NCBI GenBank assembly: GCA_026026165.1
Contig: JAPEUD010000013.1
Span: 186,001 to 250,000 of the forward strand
DNA: 64,000 nucleotides
DNA from: Sarea resinae
Lineage: Eukaryota
Direction: 5' to 3'
The notes beneath the pieces are model-generated. The model did no database searches, was not told where the DNA came from, and worked only from the letters and a program-made list of their open reading frames with translations. Below, piece by piece: positions 11,897-24,079 of the stretch. A program made the position numbers and the translations under genes. How positions within the stretch are numbered: position 1 is the first letter of the stretch; every line of letters begins with the position of its first letter.

Positions 11897-14800
11897 TGTA
11901 TGCTCCGGTGATCCGCTCACCAGTTCCTCTCCACCTCTGGCCCGCCGCGCAGGGCGAAGCCAACATAGAAGATCCGTCAGTTTGGACTAGAGGTCAAAGG
12001 AGTCCGCGGTGAAGGCATGGATGACATCTATATCGAAAGGAACGGTCGAGTCGGTCGGAAGCCGTCCGTTGTTGTCGGTGCCGGTCATCTGTCTGTCTGC
12101 GCAAACTTCGAATGATTTGAGAGGGTCTTGCCGAGAACTCAGGTTATGCGAGTTCCGCGACGAAGAACAGTCGGTACAGAGGTACTTTATCACGAACACC
12201 TCTTCGATGAAGATGTAGGCGGAATAAGTAACACGATGTAAGGAGGTCTGTGCCGATAATTAGATCTAATACCGATGGTCGGTGAATTTGCGGGGAAGAA
12301 TAGAGGGTGTGGTAACAGTGGAGGAATTGCGGCTGGTGGTTGCAGAGTGTTTGTGGCCGTGGCCTTACGCACGACAGGACAGGACAGGACGGAGGTAGAG
12401 GCTGGAGACTGTACTTGGATCCATATTTGTATGAGGGTTGTACGCAGTAGTGATGAATCAACCTTGCGAAGGTGAGAAGAATACTTCAGACCTTTGAAAG
12501 GTACACGAGCAACGTCAGGGAAGAAGTATCCTTGCGAGTACCTATCAACTGTCGGCAAGAACCCAAGGTAATTTGGAAGACTACCTTACCTCCTACAAGC
12601 TGGAGAGCAGACCAGAAATGACGCAGGAGAGAGCCAACTGCTATGATCTCCAGCTATGGACACTAATCCACGATCAAGAGGACTGCCAGAGCTTGATCTC
12701 TCACATACCGGTACAAGTCTTGGAAGGAATTATTGACGAGACAAAATGGCAGCCTGCTTCCCCACGTAAGACAGTAACCGTGCTGTACTCAAGTGATCGA
12801 GAGTACTGCGGTGGTAGAAGCAGGCGGGCCACAAGTACGAAACAGAAGAGACGGGAGCTGGCTACGAATACAAATCCACCTTACTACTACGGTACATATC
12901 TGAGGAGAGAGGCGAAGTACTGTCTTATTTTCAGGTCAGGGTCTACTCGTAGTACTCCGGAGTAAGTCAATCCACTTAGGCGGTACCTAATGCTCAGTAG
13001 ACAGGAACTGTTACCGCAGGTACCTGACCTACCGCGTACTAAGGTAGGTAGATATACCATGTACAGAAGTACGAAGTACGTGTGGACTGTGTGGATTACC
13101 TCGTAGCTCCAAGCCACTCATGGACACCAATCTTGGCAAACCTTCCCGTTCATCTGGTCAGCGGATCTGTGCGGAGAGAGAGGAGTCATCGAGCGTGGAA
13201 GGCTTACTACGGAGTACTCCGTACTCTCTGGAGTATTCGTAGCTTGAGAGTGGCTTCGTTACGAGACGGACAGCTCGTTGGTCAGGGGGCAACGCCACAA
13301 CCAAGGCCCGCAGTCCTCGGACCTGCCAGCAGCTAGCGAATGACAGCTTCGCGGCATGCTAGCTTGATCACCGGTGCAAAAGGATTGCTGATGCATGCCT
13401 GTCAATGGCCCATCTGATCCTCATCCACGCCATTCAAAGAGCTTTCTACGGAGTAGTCCCACTGCCGGTCAGGAGGATCGACCGGGTAAGGCCTTGGGTG
13501 GAAGACAGATGTGCGACAGCGACTCAGTCGAAGGGCTTTCTAGCCGTCTAGTGTATTCCAAGCCGCCCAACATAGACGATGACGGATGTGTGGTCAGACT
13601 GAGAATGTTTATTAGTCGGGACGTATACCATCATTTCTATCTACACAGGAACATCATCATCGTCTTCTGTCCTCTACTAGTACATCCATGGATCACTCTC
13701 CTCAGTAACTATTTGCATCTCGCTTGGCCGAGGTCTTCCTCGCTTCTCGCCGCCCTTCTGAGTGGCACGGCACGGGGGGCCGCTGCATCCCGCCTCCGAA
13801 TGCGAGAGGATGGCCGGTTGTCGGGATGCAGCCCGTTGACCAGCCTTCGCCATGCACAACCCAGCTCGTGGCCGAATGCACCGAGTCCTCGAGCCAGCGT
13901 GTGCCAGTGATGTTGGAGACGGATATCAAATTGACTGCAGACCGCTGTACGGAGTACTCCGGAGTAGTCGGAGGATATAGTTGAAACGGTCTCCTTGGGA
14001 CACAGATCGGGAGGTTCGTATTGATGTCTAGTACATATCATTTGGTGCATCAGCGGCACGAGATCATGTACGTACGATGCCGTACAAGGTGTGGAGTAAT
14101 TCGTACGTCGTCTGATGACGGTCGCAGATGGAAGGTAAGTTGACGCGACTGAGGGGGTAGAAGCGCCATTCTTGTGTGCCTTGCAACAAACCTGCAGGCG
14201 AGATCAATAATAGAAACAATGTCTCGGTGGATCATAGTGTCATCTTGATGCATACCTAGAGTAGTTTGAAGGTCAAGATGATCCTAATCCCAATCAAGAA
14301 GGTCGTGGTATCGATGCTTAAGAGGCGGTGCAATTGGCGAATAGATAGGCATAAGGCAAACGAAGCAACAGCATACCCCACCACGTTTGCTGTGCTATCC
14401 TTACACGTCATTGTTTATGATATGAGCCCCGAGCCAACTGTCCAGGTCATCCTCCCAAGCCCTTTAGCAAGGATGGGTATTGACCACGAAACAGCTTTTC
14501 TGCCGTTTCTCTAAACGTTCTACCCTCGGCAAGGGCTCGTCTACGAAGTACCGACTGTTTCCACTGCTAGGGTGGTACTAAGCGCATCAATCGGTTCAGG
14601 AGAGCCTACGAAAACCTGAGATCAGACACTCAACATATCTGTTCAATTCGAATGCTAAGCTGAATATAAAGGGCGTCCCCATTCACCTGGCGGCCTAAGT
14701 AAACTTACAATACTTTGGACTCCGGCTGGCTAGGCCCCAGGTTGAAGCATGCCATATATGTATCTTCTACCAGTAATTGCATCCATCGAGGCTTCCTTCA

Positions 14801-15028
14801 AACAAAATTGAAGATGGCTTTAGCGTAGCTCGTGAAACTTCGAAGAGCCAGACGCCGTCCAGTCGAATGCAACTGTTGAAGGATGCTCAGGTAGTCTTCA
14901 AAGGTTGGCTGTAAGGTTTCGGTATAATATCGGTTTCAATGCTCAACGTTGATTATGCCTCAAGTGTCTTCTTTTCCTATCGACGGCCCATCGCTCCGTA
15001 ATTGTAGTCTTAGTGAATGCTCTTTGAT

Positions 15029-16860
15029 TTAGGGCCACAACCCCCTTCCTTCTCGTGTGCGTCTTTCTCTCATTGGCTTGATGACGAGGCAGGGTGGGAG
15101 ATGTAGAAGATGACCTCTCTTCAGCCGGACAAAACGAGCGTAGAGTCCTCCAGCAGCCAGTACGGCCAAGCCACTCAACAGCGCCGGGAATCGAAATTGG
15201 TCGGGACGGAACCATATCATTGTAGAAACATATGAGCAGAGTTCGAAAGCGTTCTGAACGGATGCCTCTACGGACGAGAACACTCCACGACTATCCACTT
15301 CTACACTCTAAAGAGAACGCGCTTAGTTTCATTCGAATGGTACCTCTTCGATCGGACTCACTTCTTGAATGATAACCTGAACAGTCAAATCGAATCCCCA
15401 AAGCCCGATGCGGCTCAATATTGTTCCAATCATAAGGCTCGTCGCAGCAAAAAATGGGATATTGAGGCCCCAGAACAACCCTACAGCAATCGACAAGCAG
15501 ATCGTCTGCCAAGTGACAGACCATAGTCCCGCTCTTATTGGACCCAACCTGACCATAAGGAGAGGGGCTAGCCATGTGGCAGAGAGCTCGGACAAAACGG
15601 CAACCGTTCGAATGAGACTAAGGCTCCTCGGAGTGTATCCACTGGCTAGAAGATAGGTAATCATTTGACCACCGAATGTAAGTACAGTGAGATAGCAAAT
15701 TGAAAGAGCAAACGATGGGAGGAACACGGTGTGATGTGTATATGTCGAAATGTCTTTGCGAATAGTTCGGAACCAGAACATAATTACAGATGCGGTACCA
15801 GCCGAGTGAATTGATTCGATAGACTCGATATCAGAATATCCATCATGGCGTTCGTGGAGAGATGGAACCGTCTCATAAACCTTGAAGGGTATTAAGTTGA
15901 GTGAAGTTTTAGGAGTCTCGGACCGTATACTTACTTTTGCTATCGCGCCATATTCTACAAATACTGACACCACGTTGAGACCCAACGAAACCCATATCGC
16001 TGAGATAGTGGAAAACCCGGCAATCTGAGCAACAAGGAGCGGGCCGACCAGTTTGCATGTTAGATCAATTCTTCGCATTTGAGAATTCATATCTAGGAGC
16101 CATTGTGAGTATATTTTTGCTAAATAGGTCTCGACATGGTAGCAAGATATAGGAAAGCTTTTGAGTACCTCGCAAAGAGGATTCACTGTTTCCAGCGACC
16201 ACGACAACCTGTGACCTGAAATAAGTGTTCTGGCCGTTTGCCAGAGGAGGCACTGCTCACCCAATCTCGCTCTATGGCGACCGAATTCATTACAGAACAA
16301 AGCTTCTCAACGCAAGACAACACGATCAATGCTCCCAGAAGGAAAGGTCTCGACTTCAGGATGATTGGAAGGTCCGTCATTAAAGCCCAAAAGCATAAAC
16401 ATGACAGAATCACCGAACATCTCTGACCTACTGTAGTGGCAACTAGTCAGAGGCTGGCCAATATCCAACATATTGGAACCTTATCGAGCCATGGCTCTCA
16501 GGCCCAGGATAGTGATATAAGCATAACAGAAAGCATACCGATTGATGTTCTGACCACGCTGAGACGATCATTTCGGTCCGCATATCTCCCAGTCGCTGGA
16601 GCCAGACATATGGCAGAAGCAGCGCGAATAAGTGCGTATACCGATGCCGGAAAGAGGTTGCCAGGAAATATGGCGGCGAGAAAAAGGACTGCCCCGAACT
16701 CAAAAAATCGTGAATTCCAGGCGGACAGAAAGTGCGAAATGTACAATCTCCGACGAATGGATGGCACTATCTCGGGTCCAGAAAGCTCGCCATTGTCTAG
16801 GTCTTCTTCCTCCGGAGATTCCTCTAGGAGATGCTCGAGCGAAGGTGGGGAAGATGGCAT
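15029..16860 (-). CDS. Ferroportin/IREG (SLC40) family metal exporter, multi-exon
   Basis: RLYISHFLSAWNSRFFEFGAVLFL, NSVAIERDW, MNSQMRRIDLTCKLVGP, YLTVLTFGGQM, SRIGLWGFDLTVQVIIQE and RGVFSSVEASVQN are FPN1-family motifs spread over consecutive exons. Confidence 0.92.
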
Positions 16861-17360
16861 AAAGGCTCTAGAGTAGTAAAGGGAATTGCAAAGGATTGAG
16901 CAACAATATTCTATGCTCAAGAAGCTAGAAGGTCGATTGATTGAATGGAGAGCCCAAAGGCATCAGGTTCTCATACATAGTATGACATCGGATGATGCAC
17001 GAAGTACTCGACCCTAGGGTTCAGCGGATGGATACAGACTCAAGTTCCACCTCAGTCGTTGAACGATCGTTTATCTGATGGCGGCATGAAATGCGAGGTA
17101 CAGCACTACTAACGGAGTACTTCATACGCAGTAAGCGGACTGGTACGTACCCCACCCCTACCGTACCTTACCTACCTACCCACCTAGCAACAACAGAGCT
17201 CCTCGGTGTTGTTGATGCTCGTCTGCGCGTAATGTAAACACACTTCCATTCGCGATAACTTCAAAACTTCTACTGTGCCTACGAATCCAGACGCCGAACC
17301 AGGAGCATACAGCCTGAATAAGCCTCTATCCATTTTCGCTTGCCACCTGCCCGGGCCGAT

Positions 17361-18932
17361 ATGGATTTCAATCCCCGCGTAAGCCAACAGTTTCGTGGCA
17401 CGAATCAAAATGGAAAGGGCAGGAAGAAGGAGGAGGATAGCGACGCCTTTATGCGCTTGGTAAGAATGCAATGAAGAGACAACTTCTATGATTTGCCCGA
17501 GGAAGTCTCTAACCCTTTTCTAGTCGGACAAAGAGATAGCTGGATGCATCAGCGATATTGGCGTTCCGTTCTCACCAGCTGATCTCCAGAAGCCTAATCC
17601 ACAACAAATTCAGATGGTCTTCGAGTGGTTCGCAGAGCTTCTGATGAATGTCACCCGAGAAACTATAGATCCAGCTATGCGTACAGCAGCGGAGGATGTA
17701 TGCGGAGAATACATGGACGTCGTTCCGGGGGAGACAAGGAATCTGATGGCTTTCTATATGAGCTTGCGGAAATTACTCCTGGAGGTGAGATCATCTCGTC
17801 CAAGGTGACCAGTTGAAGCAGTCTGTATATATCTAATCCGCCTTTTAGTGCGGCATCACGGATTTCTCATTCCAAGACCTTTTCAAGCCAACGCATGACC
17901 GGCTAGTCAAGATATTTTCTTATGTGATCAACTTCGTCCGATTCCGAGAGTCGCAGACAGCCATCATCGATGAGCATTTCAACAAGGCCGAAACAACCAA
18001 AGCTCGCATAGAGACTCTGTTTGGGGAGAACCAAAACATGGAGGAACGACTGGCGGAGATGAAACACAATCGCAAGGCTATGGAAGGACAGATCAAGGAG
18101 AAGATCAAGCGGAATGATGAGCTGAAAGCGCGCCTGCTAGAATTGAAAAAGGGGCAAGAGAAGGTGGCAGAGCGGCTTGAGAGGGCTAGAGGAGAGAAAG
18201 GACGAATGACAGGCATACTCGAAGATAAAACCGCGACAACCATCGATGTGAGACAGGAGTCGGCCAAGTTGAAGCCATACGTACTTCAATCACCAGCCGC
18301 GCTGCAGGCTTCGCTTACGGATTTGTCGAACAGTCTTGCAGGCGATAAGGTGCAAATTGACACACTGGACCGGAGGACACGAGCCCTGCAGACTTCCACC
18401 GATACTTTCAGTGTCATAACGAATGATGTAGCATCTTGCATCAAGCTTCTAGAAGACGTCTCGAACGAGCTACAGAAAGAGGATGAAGAGAGTCTCAAAG
18501 CCGCCAAGCATCGTGATGCCTTGTCTGAGCGGGGAAACAACGTCCGCGAGGTCGAACGTACAGAGCATCTCCTTCAGCGGCAATTAGCTCGGTGGAATGA
18601 ACGTACGGAAGCTCTGAGGCAAAGTAGCAAGGAGAAAGCTCAAGTCGCGAAAGAGCGGATGGATGAACTACGTGCCGAGCATAAGAAGCTCACCGAGGAG
18701 AGAACCGAGAAAGGAAGGGAGATGGAGAAGAGGAGAGTGAGAATAGAGCAGACTGAGAAAAAGGTGAAGCGACTCGCCCGCCATATATTTCGAATAAGGC
18801 TAATTTTAAGGAATCTAGATGGCAGACTTGAAGGAGAACATTGAGAACGAGGTTCATGCGGCACACGACGAATACCTGAAGATGGAATCTCACATTAAGC
18901 TATACATCACGGAGATGGAACAGTCGATATAA
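17361..18932 (+). CDS. NUF2: Kinetochore Ndc80-complex subunit Nuf2, multi-exon
   Basis: N-terminal ...DSDAFMRL|..[59 protein letters not shown], followed by a long coiled coil ending [13 protein letters not shown]. Confidence 0.92.
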
Positions 18933-19171
18933 GAATCCGTTGGGCTATTCAACTTGGCGTTCCTAGTACTTGGTGCGGCGTTCTATTATACCTCTTGGGC
19001 TACTGGTGGGACTTTGAGGACATGCTTGAATAGAACATAGTAGTCTGTAGGGCGAAGACTCGGCCCTTTGATCATCTAACATGACGGTATCCATGCAAAC
19101 AGAGACTGCCATTCATCAAGAACATGCGGATTTCGGAATGAAATTATGCTGACCTTAGAATTCCTCAGCAC

Positions 19172-19855
19172 CTACTGGAAAATGCACCACCTTTCCATGA
19201 CCCTTCTTATTTTCACGGTTCTCCCACTCCAGTCACTCCCGATCAAGCTCCTAGTTCCATTCAGAATAGGAACATCCCATTCCCAGGGACTACTAGCCCC
19301 TCCAATATTATCCCCATCCTCGGAACATTCTGCTATCGTCAAAGCCATGTCGACTCTAGCAGCAGCTTCTACAGCAGTAGCCAGCGTTCGGGAAAGACCC
19401 TGGGCTGACAAGTTCAATGTCTCACGATGAGCGGCTATCATATTGAGCACAACGAGCATTGGCCTTTGCTTGCTCGGCTGCGACATGTCACTGCCTGTGC
19501 CTCTCGTTGTCGGATTGTAGGTGGAGAGGTACCCTCGGAGGTGATGCAAACTTGGGCAAAATGCTATATCAACGGTGCTAGAGCGGAAGAGGAGGTGAAT
19601 GGTTGGGAGCAGGAGAGGATGGCTGAATATATTGCTATCCTCGAAGGCTGGATCGGCCTCTTCTGCTAAAGTTAGGGGGCCAGATTGAGAATGGTGTAAT
19701 GAACGTAAAAGCTGATGTAAGAATGCCTCGCGCGTAGAGCAGATGACGAGCGTTGTAGGTGGGGCGTGATGGATGAGCACGTATTCAAGAAGCTCCGATG
19801 GAAGACATAGCTTCAGCACCACAGGCAGTCTTGTCCACGAGCGGTTTGTCTCCAT
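19172..19855 (-). CDS. Conserved-looking fungal hypothetical protein (~227 aa, alpha/beta pattern)
   Basis: Intact ORF from ATG 19855 with globular-type composition: TTLVICSTREAFL, IAFCPSLHHLRGYLS, SAQGLSRTLATAVEAA, VPILNG...RRVMERW. Confidence 0.7.
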   Translation of the reverse strand: METNRSWTRLPVVLKLCLPSELLEYVLIHHAPPTTLVICSTREAFLHQLLRSLHHSQSGPLTLAEEADPAFEDSNIFSHPLLLPTIHLLFRSSTVDIAFCPSLHHLRGYLSTYNPTTRGTGSDMSQPSKQRPMLVVLNMIAAHRETLNLSAQGLSRTLATAVEAAARVDMALTIAECSEDGDNIGGASSPWEWDVPILNGTRSLIGSDWSGRTVKIRRVMERWCIFQ

Positions 19856-20272
19856 CCTATGGACATCGGCGCAAGCTTTCAGGGTCAACTGCTCCTTTTC
19901 TTGCCAAAATCTCAAGCTGGGGCATAATTTCAGAAGACGCGATGCTTCCCTGATGTTGATCTGGATAGCTAAAACGGGTTGAAGAGACGTCCGGGAATCC
20001 TAGAAAGCTGGCCGCTCGTATGAAAAGGTAGGTCAGGAGGTAGGTAATGTAGGTAGCTGAGGCTTCGTGGAAGGCTCAGACGATCTCGGCGCTGTTGGGG
20101 GCCTGTACCTAGGGTACATTCGCGGAGTACTATGATGACCTCAAGCCGAGATCTAAGTCGCGATCTTCAAAATACGCCAAGACATCCCACTATCTCAGTG
20201 CTCGACCACATCGAAGGAGACAGATGTTCACGCAGCGGTAGCTTTGTCGCGGCGAGTTGGAGGACTTACGAG

Positions 20273-22848
20273 ATGGAGTCAATCTCGAGAATCTCCAGCA
20301 TGCTGGAGACAGGTCAGTCAAACCTCTCGTTCATCCACAACGCATCAGGAATACTAAAATATAAAAGCTCGGGAACTCACTATCGAAGCCGCGCAGTCTG
20401 CGAGCTCGGCGAGAGCATCGAGAGGCACGAGTACGCCGCGGAGTGTGCACCCTGTTCAGATCAAAAAGCTTTTGGACAGCCGTAATGAGAGGGAGGTTGT
20501 GGATGGTCTCCGAAGGGTGATCTCAGTACGTCCAGTCAAGCTGTCTGTGCCGTTGCCCTCCCACTAACGTGGAATCGCAAACACAGATGATGTACCGCTC
20601 CCAGTCATATTTGCAGTATTTCTCGGCCGTTATTAAAAATGTGGCGAGCCCAAGTCTTGAAGTCAAGAAATTAGTCTACATCTATCTGCTTCACTGTGCA
20701 GAATTCGAACCCGACCTTGCTCTCCTGTCGATCAACACCATACAAAAGTCTCTCACAGACCAGAATCCCCAGGTCCGTGCCTTAGCGCTACGAGTAATGT
20801 CTGGAATACGGGTCCCCGTTATCAGCCAGATCGTGTCTTTGGCGATTAAGAGAGGCTGTGGAGACATGTCCCCTTATGTCCGGAAGGCAGCCGCGTTGGC
20901 TATCCCCAAGTGTTTCAGATTGGATCCGGGCACGCTACCACAACTTATCGAATATCTCACCATACTACTTGGAGATAAGCAATACTTCGTAGCGGGTGCC
21001 GCTGTGATTGCCTTTATGGATCTCTGTCCTGATAGAATCGACTTGATACACAAACATTACCGCAGCCTTGTGCGGAAATTAGTGGATATGGACGAGTGGA
21101 GTCAAGCTGTCACACTCAAGATGATGACGTTCTATGCGAGAGCATGTTTTCCACGGAAAACGCGGCGGGTCAAGCAGACTGGTACCAAGGGTTTCTACGA
21201 TGATGAAGACTCAAATGATGGAGATGATGACAAAGGGGAAGAGGTATTGGTACTAGATCCTGATCTTGAACTGCTTTTGAAGGCTTGCAGTCCGCTGCTT
21301 CAAAGCCGGAATCCCGCTGTCATTGTGGCAGTCGCACGATGTTACCTCTACCTTGGCACTCAAGATTACCTTGACTCTGCAGTTGGACCCTTGATATCTC
21401 TTCTACGGGGTCCAACCGACATTCATCACATTGCTCTATACGATATCGTCTCTGTCTGCTTCACAAGGCCAGAGCCATTCACCAAATACGTCGGTCATTT
21501 CTTGATTCGGGCTACCGACCCGTCACACGTCTGGCGGCTGAAGCTAGAGATTCTCACAACTGTATTTTCGTGTTGTGACGCGCATACGAAGAACATTATA
21601 CTGAGTGAGCTGGAACACTTTTCTCGTGGCTCCGACAAGGACTTAGTACGCGAAAGCGTGCGTGCTATTGGCCGCTGCGCTCAGAACGATAAAGACACAT
21701 CTGCGAGATGTCTAGGCTTGCTGTTGCGGCAAGTTGCAAGCCCGGATAGTAATCTGGTTGCAGAGTCATTGACAGTCGTACGGCATTTAATCATGCAAGA
21801 TTCTTCTTCTCACATCAAGACTGTCATTCTTTTGGCCAAACACCTCGACACCACTATCGCCCCTGAAGCCAGGGCAAATATCATCTGGCTGGTTGGCGAA
21901 TTTTCGGGTGTTGATCCTGACAACAACATTGCGCCAGATGTCCTTCGCATACTTGCAAAGGGATTTGCCAAGGAATCTGAAGCCGCCAAACTGCAGATTG
22001 TACTATTGGCAGCCAAAGTATATTTACATTACCTCAATCAGCACCCACCCGAGACGAAGCCTCTATCAAACTCCTCTCAGATAATTCCAGAGTCACTCAG
22101 CACTGATAATGAAAATACGTTCCGCGAATCTAACCTCGATACGAATGAGCATGATAGTCAGGATCGAAAAGATCATTCAGAAGATCCGGGAGAGAAAAAG
22201 CACCCCATCGAGATCCTTTGGGACTATATTGTTCTTCTCGCTCGTTACGACACATCCTATGATATCCGCGACCGCACTCGTCTTTACAAGGCACTATTGG
22301 CAGTTCCTTCCTCGACGCAGTTAGCCAGTCTTCTCCTACTTGCACCAAAGCCGGTTCCCCACACGGCCAGCCCATCCGAAGGCCGCAAAGGATTCATGCT
22401 GGGTTCGGCAAGTTTGGTCGTCGGCGAGGAAGGAGGGCTCAACGGAATCAGAGGTTACGAATCACTCCCTGATTGGGTTCAGGCTGGCAAGGAACCAGAT
22501 CTACGATTAAGAGAAGATGATTCTGCAAAGACTCAATATGGTGCTAGAGACCTTACTGCTGGTGCTAAGCTTGATAGTGCAGTAAAGTCCGCTCCAACAC
22601 CACAGCGAATGAACGGAAACGCATCAAGTGGAAAGGCAAAGACACTAGATGATTGGCTCGCAGAAGACGACGAAAAAGAGGAGGAAGAAGAAGAAGGAGA
22701 AGAAGAAGAAGAAGAAGAAGAAGAAGAAGAAGAAGAAGAAGAAGAAGAAGAAGAAGAAGAAGAGACTGAGGAGACCAGCGATGAGAGTGGGACGGAGGAA
22801 GAGACCGAGAGCGAAAGTGGCGAAGAAAACGACAGGCTGGTAAAATAG
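20273..22848 (+). CDS. APL6: AP-3 adaptor complex beta subunit
   Basis: MESISRISSMLET start; adaptin N-terminal HEAT repeats (LEVKKLVYIYLL, ALLSINTIQKSLTDQNPQVRALALRVMSGIRV, YVRKAAALAIPK, YDIRDRTR); acidic tail. Two short 5' introns. Confidence 0.93.
22679..22763 (+). repeat. (GAA)n trinucleotide tract encoding poly-Glu in the AP-3 beta tail
   Basis: Long uninterrupted gaagaagaa... run, in frame within the CDS. Confidence 0.95.
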
Positions 22849-24079
22849 ACATGGCCGAAACCTAGGTCGCATAAACTGTCTCATCAAAATGGAGAATAAA
22901 CTCTTCTTTTTGATTTTAAAATGCTGCATACCTGACTATCGGAGAAGACGCTAGGTTCGCATAAACGTATTGTACGGACTACGGTATTTCTCCGTGGCTG
23001 GCATACTCTTACAAGATTCCCTAATGCCCTGTACTGACATGGGGGTGACAATCAAGCCTATGGTTAAACAAAACGCGTCCCCCTGATTGCCTCGGGCCTC
23101 GTAGGCCTCGCAAACTCTCAATGGAATCGTACAAGCTTATTCTAGCGCTGAATAGCACCAGGGAGTGACACCACAACATCGATAGTAGAAGAGGACCCAC
23201 TAGTCCACTTGAGATACTTGAATATACCAGAGCGAATACCATAGCCAGGAAACCCTATCTTTTCTTCCTGGGTGATGAATGTGATTCATGTATTGCTTAT
23301 CCAAGCACCATAGACTTAGGTACGATCAAGCATCTGAGAGCGGCGCGGTGACGGTCGAAGACCCTCCGGCCCTTGCGAAGTTACGATTGGAAGTTTAGGT
23401 GGCTACGTATTGATCCTGGTAGCTACCGAGAAACGGGCGAATCGTTGGGCTGAAGTCTCGGGGAGGCAGCAGGTCCTCCCGACGGGGAGCGACGACCAAG
23501 CCCCGATGGGAATCTATCTGAGCCGCCAATAATGGAGTTTTGAACATTTCTCGTCGAACGTCTCACTTCTTGCTCCGAAGGGTTCCAGCCAATTGATGTT
23601 GGCCCGTCAAAACGATACGACATTGATGAATATGGCAGTAGAATCCAGGGTCGGTCCCTGGGTCGGTCCCTAGAATTTCGAACATTTTTGTGATACGTGA
23701 ACCCTTCGGAAAATAAGTGGCAGGCCGGGCGGGGTCATCGCTCACTCATTTCAGGTGGCACATAGGTTCGCTCTAGACAGAGGGGCTGGTGTCGTCAATG
23801 CGCCCGTTTCAAAGCTCGAGTTCGACTACTATGTTGACTACTCTATGTTTCAATGTATCATCTGTCGAAGTTGAGTGTACAATGAATGAGGATGATGATA
23901 TGCACCAGAGACAGAATGGTGCCAAGACATTGCCACTAGGCTACATGCGAGGCAAATCTGATATCCATGGATATGTATTCCAGTTCCTTCTATCTCACTT
24001 AAAGATTCAGAGCCGAGCGGATTTTCTATACATATTGCCACCTCCGGCTCCGGCCTAAATAAATGCGATGGTGGTTCAG

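Noticed and set aside
12000..14900. Many short overlapping ORFs in the long intergenic regions (also 40900-43000 and 44100-46900)
   Set aside because: No recognisable domains or coherent exon chains; consistent with chance ORFs in promoter/UTR DNA.
22565..22929. ORFs with poly-Leu, poly-Phe and poly-Lys runs
   Set aside because: Alternative-frame and antisense readings of the (GAA)n poly-Glu tract in APL6.
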